From the NCBI GenBank assembly GCA_021791395.1, contig JAJYWR010000013.1, positions 21,384 to 85,383 on the forward strand: DNA of 64,000 bases, written 5' to 3'. The stretch's first letter is position 1, and each line of letters opens with the position of its first letter. The stretch comes from a bacterium. Its GTDB lineage: Bacteria; Patescibacteriota; Minisyncoccia; UBA6257; GWB1-50-10. A program made the translations under genes and the position numbers. This document shows positions 52,647 through 59,703 of the stretch, piece by piece. A model generated the notes under the pieces. It ran no database searches. It was not told where the DNA came from and worked only from the letters and a program-made list of their open reading frames with translations.

Positions 52647-52692
52647 ATTATAAAGCATTCATGCCGTGAGCGTTGTGGTACACTGAATAGTA

Positions 52693-53001
52693 TTGAAATT
52701 ATCATTTCAAGAGAAGGTTTACGCTATCACCAAGCGGATCCCGCGGGGCAAGGTAGCGACCTACGGACAAATCGCGCGGCTTGCCGGTAAACCCCGGGCG
52801 GCCCGGATGGTAGGTTTTTTCATGAAAACTAACCCGCACGCGCCGATTGTCCCCTGCCACCGCGTGGTTGCAGCAAACGGGGCTTTGACTGGATATTCAG
52901 TCAAGGGCGGCCTGGAGGCTAAGAGGAAAATGCTTCTCCGCGAAGACGTAAAATTCCGCGGCGACCGCGCCGATCTCAAGGTTTCCCAGTGGCAAGCATA
53001 G
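52693..53001 (+). CDS. MGMT-family protein (single DNA-binding/active-site domain, 102 aa)
   Basis: IPRGKVATYGQIA...PCHRVV...LTGY (PCHR active-site motif). TTG start. Confidence 0.75.
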   Translation: MKLSFQEKVYAITKRIPRGKVATYGQIARLAGKPRAARMVGFFMKTNPHAPIVPCHRVVAANGALTGYSVKGGLEAKRKMLLREDVKFRGDRADLKVSQWQA

Positions 53002-54272
53002 TAATTGAAAAATATCCAAAACTGGCGGAAAATGACTATATGAATCTGGAACGGATAACGCAACCAATAGAGACGGAAAACACTGAAGAAAGAGAATTGA
53101 AGCTTGCCGAACGGCTAATGGGTATTCAGGTCTATTTCGCTGATTCGCGATACAACAAGAGGCCCGGAGAAAACGAGAGCCGTTATTCAGATTTCAGCGA
53201 CGCGCTCAACAAAAATACTCCTCTTATTACCCGAATACTCACAAGATATTCCGATTCTGTCCGGGACGATAAGGATAGAAATGAAAAATCTAAATCCTTT
53301 GCCGTTTCGCTCAATAATAAAATAAACAAGATTTACCGGGAAACGGCTGATAGGGAAAAGAGAGACGAACTGATAACTCAATATCTTTTCGATACCTATT
53401 CCCGCATTAAAAAGGAAGAGCCGAACGAGATCGAGAGAAGAATGGATGAGGACACGACTATAGGAGTTATTAAAATAGAGCCGTCCGCTCATGAAGATAC
53501 TCTTATGGAACAAGCGGGATTCAATCCGGAAGACGAATTCTTGTCCATCCATTTCCCCTCTTTTTACGAAAATGGATCGGAAAGATCCCTACTCGTCGAA
53601 CTGGACGATTCTTTCAAGAAACTCGCTGAAATCATTCCCCGGGAATATCCCGAAGCGCAGGCGGTAATCGGTAAATCATGGCTTCTTTCACTGCCGGCCG
53701 CCGAACGACTAGGATTCAAAAAAGTAATAACCTTGGAAAGCCATTTCAACGGTAATGGCTTGTGGTCGCAGTTCATCGACCAAAATGGAAATATCAGTAA
53801 GCATAGATTTGAGGAATTTATAAAAACGGGGAAGCCGCCATACGAGGTATCGCTCGGCTACATACCCATAGAAGAATTTTTAAGCAGATATTTGCCGACG
53901 GAAAAGAAAGGAGAAATAATATTGAAAGAGATTGACCCGAAATGGAACAGGGAAGATACTCAGAAGCTTGAAGAATATACAGAGAAAATCCACCAGCTAA
54001 GAGAGGATTTTGAAAATTTCGTGAATGATAAAAGTATGTCCGCAGAAGCATTCATACAAAAATATCCCGCCGTCGTGGAAGTTATGACGAAAGCCGGCTG
54101 CTACGGAGATCTACTGAAAATTATGAACGAAGCGAGAGACAAGGGGTATCGTATCGAAGAAATAGGCAGGAGAATGCCGCTCGAAAATTCAAGACTAGAA
54201 AAAGCGTACCAGGAATATAGAGATGGACTTAAAAGCAAGAAATATCGCGATCGAAAGGTTTTTATAAAATAG
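52989..54272 (+). CDS. Hypothetical protein (427 aa)
   Basis: Long Glu/Lys-rich ORF with no confidently recognised domain. GTG start at 52989 or ATG at 53040. Confidence 0.5.
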   Translation: MASIVIEKYPKLAENDYMNLERITQPIETENTEERELKLAERLMGIQVYFADSRYNKRPGENESRYSDFSDALNKNTPLITRILTRYSDSVRDDKDRNEKSKSFAVSLNNKINKIYRETADREKRDELITQYLFDTYSRIKKEEPNEIERRMDEDTTIGVIKIEPSAHEDTLMEQAGFNPEDEFLSIHFPSFYENGSERSLLVELDDSFKKLAEIIPREYPEAQAVIGKSWLLSLPAAERLGFKKVITLESHFNGNGLWSQFIDQNGNISKHRFEEFIKTGKPPYEVSLGYIPIEEFLSRYLPTEKKGEIILKEIDPKWNREDTQKLEEYTEKIHQLREDFENFVNDKSMSAEAFIQKYPAVVEVMTKAGCYGDLLKIMNEARDKGYRIEEIGRRMPLENSRLEKAYQEYRDGLKSKKYRDRKVFIK

Positions 54273-54284
54273 ATAACTTGCTTT

Positions 54285-55985
54285 TTATAAAACCAAGGAT
54301 TGATAACACTTATTGCAGTATACAACCGGCGCTTCTTTCTCGGTATATCGCGCAACGAACCGGATGCCGCAGTTCGAGCACTTGCGAGGGTACTGCGCCA
54401 TATTCCCGAGCCAAAGCTTGAATTTTTCGTTGATGCGGCAGAAGGGACACTCGCGCGGGAGCGGCAAGTTCATCCGGCGGAGGAATGACAATTCCATCGG
54501 GATCAACTTGAATCCGCGCCCGCATTTTGCGCAGCCGATAACCTCACTCAAGATGCTGTCTTTCGCGTCCTTGATATGATCTGGTAAATTCGCCGCTTCA
54601 ATGGTTACCCGGTATTCGCTCTTCGGTGGATCGCGCCAGACATATCCCTCCTGCAAGATTTCTTCTTTTGCGAGTGGTAAGAAGTGATTCGCCTCGGCTT
54701 CATTGTAACCGTTGGGAGAAAGCTCAATGGGGAAAAATTCGCCGTACCGATATTCCTTCCCTTTCTTGTCCCGGTAGACATTCTCGTCCATATCTCTTCT
54801 GATGCGTTCGACGAGCCTTTGATATTCTTCTTTGGAATATTTTTTGTTTAAAACGCAATATTCCCCCTTCTTCATACCAACGCAACCGAAACAATGGGAA
54901 CTGGAAACCAGCGCTTTGCAATATTCCAAATCTTCGCTCTTTAGTATCTCTTGACTGAACTTGATGCCCGAACTTTGATTTCCAACCACCGACGAATCAT
55001 AGGAGAGAGAAAGATTCTCGCCCCAATAGGTTATGTCGTAACTGTCCCATATGCCGTCCGACACCATGCTTACGTACCGGCAATTCTCGCCGTTATTCAC
55101 CTGGAATGAATCTTTGACATTCTTAGAATCGTAGATATGCGCTCCCCAACAGTTGATGTTCCGGTCGCCGAACTCCGCCTTCGGGATCCGAGTGGCCCAA
55201 AACGCCTCTGCTTCCTTGAGCGCTTTCCGATATCCCGCGTACGACCCAAGATCATATTTCGTGATTTCCTTTTGGTACTCCTCTTTCGTATATTGCTTGT
55301 TTTCGATGCAATATTTTTTGTTCTTGACGCTCGCGCACATGAAACAGTCCTGGCAATTCGACGCATCTTTCATGAACGAGCAATTCAAGAGTTCGACGGC
55401 ATAACCCCTCAGCCCGATGCCATGATTGCACCTCCACGCGTGCATCGAATCGTACAACCACTCGGAATTGAGGCAAAGCGTGCAATCCAAGACGGACTTA
55501 TCATGTTCCACGTAAAATCCATATGCGGAATCCTCATCGCAGTTGGCTTGGTACAGGAGGTAGCAATTTTTCAGATTGGCGGCATTGCTCGTGTAGGGCG
55601 AATCCTTCGACGTCGGGATGTCAAGTGAAATTCCCAAAAGTGGCACTTTATGCATCAATTTGTCGAATTGTTCGAGGAACGGCTTCGCCGGATCATATTC
55701 CTTGCCTGTTGCATACTGGTCCCAATTGTCTCCCCACCAGCACTCAGGACAGTAGACGACGTACGGCGCATCCGGTGCGTAAACTGAGATTACGTTCTTT
55801 TTACAAAGATCACATGCCCGTTTATAGAGATTGAATGTATTAAACCACGCAAGCCGCCGCTGGAACCGGCACTCGGGGCAGAAGGTCGGCGGCGGAACCT
55901 GGATTTTCTCATAGAAAGCAAAATCGTCGGGTTCGATCGTGAATTCCTTTTTACAGTTTTGGCAGATTCTTTTTTCTTGATTCAT
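54285..55985 (-). CDS. Cys-rich ZnR-FY family paralog 7 (subtype B C-terminus)
   Basis: MNQEKRICQNCKKEFTIEPDDFAFYEKIQVPPPTFCPECR ... CAKCGRGFKLIPMELSFLRRMNLPLPRECPFCRINEK ... VYCNKCYQSLVL. The ORF-track extension to 56033 is hairpin sequence. Confidence 0.85.
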   Translation of the reverse strand: MNQEKRICQNCKKEFTIEPDDFAFYEKIQVPPPTFCPECRFQRRLAWFNTFNLYKRACDLCKKNVISVYAPDAPYVVYCPECWWGDNWDQYATGKEYDPAKPFLEQFDKLMHKVPLLGISLDIPTSKDSPYTSNAANLKNCYLLYQANCDEDSAYGFYVEHDKSVLDCTLCLNSEWLYDSMHAWRCNHGIGLRGYAVELLNCSFMKDASNCQDCFMCASVKNKKYCIENKQYTKEEYQKEITKYDLGSYAGYRKALKEAEAFWATRIPKAEFGDRNINCWGAHIYDSKNVKDSFQVNNGENCRYVSMVSDGIWDSYDITYWGENLSLSYDSSVVGNQSSGIKFSQEILKSEDLEYCKALVSSSHCFGCVGMKKGEYCVLNKKYSKEEYQRLVERIRRDMDENVYRDKKGKEYRYGEFFPIELSPNGYNEAEANHFLPLAKEEILQEGYVWRDPPKSEYRVTIEAANLPDHIKDAKDSILSEVIGCAKCGRGFKLIPMELSFLRRMNLPLPRECPFCRINEKFKLWLGNMAQYPRKCSNCGIRFVARYTEKEAPVVYCNKCYQSLVL

Positions 55986-55996
55986 GGTTCGTTCGG

Positions 55997-56025
55997 CCTC
56001 CGGGGCGCTTTCAGTGCCCCGGAGG
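55997..56025. repeat. Palindromic hairpin family A copy between paralogs 8 and 7
   Basis: cctccggggcgctttcagtgccccggagg. Part of an 84-nt block (55954-56037) identical to 61432-61515. Confidence 0.85.
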
Positions 56026-56033
56026 AACCTCAC

Positions 56034-57695
56034 TTATAATACTTCTTTTTGGTAGCACTCTTCGCAGACAATTTTTTTATATCCCCACTCCGGCGGATAG
56101 TAGTGGACAATCGGTTTCGAGCAGAAAAAACATATCCCCTCATACGGCGTCGTAACGGTAAGCGGCTTCATGCGTTCCATGTTGCGCTTGTCGGGATGGC
56201 GGCTCGGCAAAGGTATGCCGTGCTCCTTGTAAAACGCAAGCTCTTGGGGCGCTATATTGAACCGCCACTTGGTTTCAGGACAAATGATCGCTTGTTTCGA
56301 AAAATCGTCGCCGACACCGTCAATGACGTCCGGTACCTCGTCACCCGCTATGCCTTCGTATGCCCGATCTTGAATATCTTCCCATATGCCGCCTTTTGCC
56401 TCTATAGATTCGCGCGTCTCGGGAAAATACATTTGCCCGGTCGACAAATTGTACCCGCAGTAGGCCAACGAATACGGGAAAAACGTCCCCCAGGTGCCGT
56501 CGGCGATCATTTGGTCTTTGATTTTTTTCACGAGGTTATCGTACTCGGATTCCGTATATTGTTTGTTCAAGATGCAATATTTCTTTTTCCGCAAGCCGAC
56601 GCAGCCGAAACAGTACTCGCATTCCTCGCAGTACTCGAGGTAGGCGCTGTATCGACAATTGCCGCACCGGGATGTGGCAACGGTTCCGTAGTTGTAGCCG
56701 TCCATCATGCTCAAGGCCGCATTCTCAGCGATGGTGCCTGCCGCATGAACAACCTCACGCTGTTCATAGCCGCGAAGGAGGTAGCAACTGTTCTCGGATT
56801 TCTGAGCAAAGTAGGACTCGCGGCAGTTCTTGCATTCCTCGAGAAAATTCCCCGTTACATTGGCAACCTTGAGATTGCGATCCGCCCGATGAACGGCGTC
56901 GCGGGCGACGATATCGGCAAATTCTTTCTTCAGTTGTTCGACCTCCCGCCTTGAGTTCAAACGATGTCCTTTCATCTTTTCAAAATACTCCTCCTTGGAA
57001 TACTGCTTATTTAAAATGCAATATTGCTTGTTCCTCAAGTTCCAACACATAAAACAGTTTTTCACATTCCGGCAGTCATGGAGGAATATGCCGTCCATGC
57101 TGTCGCGCGCATCGAAGGAGTGCCGGATTTTGTAGGATTTGAAACAGTACGTGCAATCGTACGAACGCTCGACATCGAAGCAGAACGTGAGGTCCGTGGA
57201 GTTTTTGCAATTCACGGTGCGGTAGGCATAGTTCACCTCTTCGCAGTTGAGCATCGAGCGGCAGAGATAACAGTTTTTGCAGCTCCATGCATCATCGCTC
57301 CAATCGCAATTCGTGCTCATGGTTCCCGACCGATGCGGATGCGGCGTTTTTCGCTGGATTTCCGCATACTGCTCAAAGAACGGCCGCGTAGGATCATACT
57401 CTCGGCCGTATGCGAGCGGGTCCCATACGTCGGACATCCATTCATCGTAATCGTAGAGTGGGAACGGCGTGGCCTCCGAAAATGTCGTGATGATAGCTTT
57501 TCCGGAGAGCGCCGATGTTGTTTTCCTGAATTTGCCGAAGACCCAAAAAGCTGTCAGGTTCTTCCAAATGCAAACGTGGCATTCCTGGGGCACCGGGATT
57601 CCCGTTTTTTCGTACAAAACAATGCTGTCCGGCAGAATTGAGGATTCCTTCCCGCAACTCTTGCATTTCCGCACTTCGGATTCCATTACGTTCAT
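56034..57695 (-). CDS. Cys-rich ZnR-FY family paralog 8 (most divergent member)
   Basis: Retains YCILNKQYSKEEY twice, FNIAPQELAFYKEHGIPLP, and the KIVCEECYQKEVL tail. N-terminal ribbons are partly degenerate. An alternative start ATG at 57686 lies 7 nt after TATAAT (57694-57699). Confidence 0.8.
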   Translation of the reverse strand: MNVMESEVRKCKSCGKESSILPDSIVLYEKTGIPVPQECHVCIWKNLTAFWVFGKFRKTTSALSGKAIITTFSEATPFPLYDYDEWMSDVWDPLAYGREYDPTRPFFEQYAEIQRKTPHPHRSGTMSTNCDWSDDAWSCKNCYLCRSMLNCEEVNYAYRTVNCKNSTDLTFCFDVERSYDCTYCFKSYKIRHSFDARDSMDGIFLHDCRNVKNCFMCWNLRNKQYCILNKQYSKEEYFEKMKGHRLNSRREVEQLKKEFADIVARDAVHRADRNLKVANVTGNFLEECKNCRESYFAQKSENSCYLLRGYEQREVVHAAGTIAENAALSMMDGYNYGTVATSRCGNCRYSAYLEYCEECEYCFGCVGLRKKKYCILNKQYTESEYDNLVKKIKDQMIADGTWGTFFPYSLAYCGYNLSTGQMYFPETRESIEAKGGIWEDIQDRAYEGIAGDEVPDVIDGVGDDFSKQAIICPETKWRFNIAPQELAFYKEHGIPLPSRHPDKRNMERMKPLTVTTPYEGICFFCSKPIVHYYPPEWGYKKIVCEECYQKEVL

Positions 57696-57705
57696 TATAA
57701 AACAA

Positions 57706-57733
57706 ATGCTCCGCGGGGTTAGACGCAGAGCAT
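57706..57733 (-). terminator. Terminator-like hairpin after the 144-aa gene
   Basis: Minus strand reads ATGCTCTGCGTCTAACCCCGCGGAGCAT followed by TTGTTTTATAA. Confidence 0.45.
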
Positions 57734-57755
57734 AAAACGAATCAACGAGGGTTGG

Positions 57756-58190
57756 TTATATGGGGCCGCCGACGATGATGACGCCCCCAAGGATTGGATC
57801 TTCCTTTTCCTCGGACTTGAAGGAAATGATCTTCCAGTCCGGTCGGAGGTTCAAGTCGTCATATTCAGCATCGCCGAGTTCAGCATGCACCGACGACCAA
57901 AACACCTTGCGAAGGATATCCGCCTTGTCCATGAGAGCGCGGTAATCGCGAAAGAATCTTTCGCACTCCTTGCCATCACCATCGAAGAGAAATTGAGCAT
58001 GCTTCTCCTCATGATCCTTCTTTATCCTGCTTGCCTCTTTGGCAAGTTTGGCATGGAGAGAATAAATCCGTTTCAGGTCGTCACTGACTCCCATAATTAC
58101 GTGACCTTCCGGGTACGGACCTTCCGCTACCGGTTTTACGATCGTGGTACTACTAATCTCCTTTTGGAGATCTTCGAGAAATGTGGCCAT
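57756..58190 (-). CDS. Hypothetical protein (144 aa)
   Basis: GGAGG RBS upstream. Acidic, helical, no recognised domain. Confidence 0.5.
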   Translation of the reverse strand: MATFLEDLQKEISSTTIVKPVAEGPYPEGHVIMGVSDDLKRIYSLHAKLAKEASRIKKDHEEKHAQFLFDGDGKECERFFRDYRALMDKADILRKVFWSSVHAELGDAEYDDLNLRPDWKIISFKSEEKEDPILGGVIIVGGPI

Positions 58191-58257
58191 AAACCACCTC
58201 CTGTATTAGTGAAAAAATATGTTTAGTTACAGGACCATACTATAAACTATTTTTATA

Positions 58258-59436
58258 TTATTTGTCAATCTCTTTCCGCTTTTTGCCAAAGAAGCGGACA
58301 TAGAGGTAACTGTTTGCAATCATAACGACGCCATACGCAAAGAATGGGATCTCGAAAAGCGCCGCATCCATGAGATAGCCGGCGAGCCCCGTGCCGGCGG
58401 ACGATGCCGCAAGCCGCGCGACCTGGTTCACGCCGAGTGCGCGGCCCATTTCGTCGCCGTCCACCCGCCGCGTGAGCTCCGCCTGCTGAATCGGGAGCGC
58501 CATAATGCGGAGCGCCGGTCCCACGACATAAACGAAAATAGCAAACGGCAGAAAGCGGATAATCGGGAAGGCGACGAAGAGAATTGTTCCAATCCCCCGG
58601 GTCCAAACCATACTCTTCACGAACCCGAGGTATTTTTCGAGGAACGGCGCGGCAAGGAGCGCAACCGATCCCACAATGCCGGAAATGAAAGCATATTCCG
58701 CCATTTGTGATTTTGGAATATTATAAATCAAAAGAAAAAACGGAATGAGGAACGGCACAATGAGACCCTGCGAAAATCCGTTCAAAATGCCGGTCAGGGT
58801 GAACTTACCGATGGTCGCTTTCGTTTTCAGGACGCGGAGTTTCCCTTTTGCTTCCCTGACTTCGATGAAAGGAAGCGCGATGACGCCCGCAGCAGCAATC
58901 ACGGTCGCAACAAGGAAGATTTCCTGAACCGTGAAAACTTTCGCAAGAAGTGCTCCCAGTGCCGCCGTAAAGCCGGAAAGAAACGTGAGAAAGGAGAAGT
59001 ATTTCGTCCGCTTCTCGCTCGGCGTGAGTTCCGTGATAATGGTGTTTTGAATCGGTTGAACCGCACCGCCGATACCGCCGCCGACCAAGGACCCCGTTGC
59101 GGAATAGCCGCCGACCATCGCCGCAATAAAGACCACCCACAAACTCGACGAAAAATACACCAAGGCGGAGCTCACCGGCAAGAGCGCGCTTGCGATGAAA
59201 AGCGTTCCCCGCTTCCCCCAAACGTCGGTCGTAATACCAGCGAGAAAACTCAACACTGCCGTCGCAATTGTCGCCGCGACGTAGATAAGGCCGATCATTC
59301 CGGCGGTTTGATGAAGATCGACGAGAATGTAATACGGGAACGCAATATTGATCATCCCGGCCGCAATGCTCCGGGTGATCCTTGAAACTATAATGAGATA
59401 AATACCTTTTTTCTTGGGTTTTAGTTCAGTTTCCAC
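58258..59436 (-). CDS. MFS transporter
   Basis: About 12 TM segments with the MFS loop motif TDVWGKRGT. Start moved to the in-frame GTG at 59436, 10 nt after TGGTATAAT. The track extension to 59655 is antisense to a better-supported HTH gene. Confidence 0.7.
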   Translation of the reverse strand: METELKPKKKGIYLIIVSRITRSIAAGMINIAFPYYILVDLHQTAGMIGLIYVAATIATAVLSFLAGITTDVWGKRGTLFIASALLPVSSALVYFSSSLWVVFIAAMVGGYSATGSLVGGGIGGAVQPIQNTIITELTPSEKRTKYFSFLTFLSGFTAALGALLAKVFTVQEIFLVATVIAAAGVIALPFIEVREAKGKLRVLKTKATIGKFTLTGILNGFSQGLIVPFLIPFFLLIYNIPKSQMAEYAFISGIVGSVALLAAPFLEKYLGFVKSMVWTRGIGTILFVAFPIIRFLPFAIFVYVVGPALRIMALPIQQAELTRRVDGDEMGRALGVNQVARLAASSAGTGLAGYLMDAALFEIPFFAYGVVMIANSYLYVRFFGKKRKEIDK

Positions 59437-59487
59437 AGTACGAACGATTATACCATACTGAATGAAGCCGGGTGTATAATAAGAGTG

Positions 59488-59703
59488 ATGAAAAGCCGCG
59501 AGAATGCCATATACGATACCACGAAGCTTGCCAAATTCTTCGGCGTAACCGAACGGACCGTCCTTGAGTGGTGCAGGAAAGGGAAACTTCCGGCTTTTAA
59601 GATCGGCAAACAATGGAGGGTACGAGTTATCGATCTCCAAAAAATGATCAATCACAAAGTACTAACTCGCCGAGATTCGCGCTATACCACTTCGCTCTTA
59701 TAG
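59488..59703 (+). CDS. Excisionase-family (HTH_17/MerR-like) small DNA-binding protein
   Basis: YDTTKLAKFFGVTERTVLEWCRKGKLPAFKIGKQWRVRVIDLQKMI matches the excisionase-type HTH pattern (G.s..Tv..w...GklPa.kiG..wr....dl). TATAAT (59475-59480) lies 7 nt before the ATG. Confidence 0.7.
   Translation: MKSRENAIYDTTKLAKFFGVTERTVLEWCRKGKLPAFKIGKQWRVRVIDLQKMINHKVLTRRDSRYTTSLL

Noticed and set aside
55986-56033. N-terminal extension MRFLRGTESAPEAERT on paralog 7, and the identical one on paralog 9 (61464-61511).
   Set aside because: The extension is the translation of the palindromic hairpin. All other paralogs start at the M(N/T)xExKxCQNC position, so the downstream ATG (55985 / 61463) is the consistent start.
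59437-59655. 73-codon N-terminal extension of the MFS ORF.
   Set aside because: It has no MFS-like sequence and is antisense to a well-formed HTH gene with its own promoter. An in-frame GTG preceded by TGGTATAAT gives a normal-length transporter.
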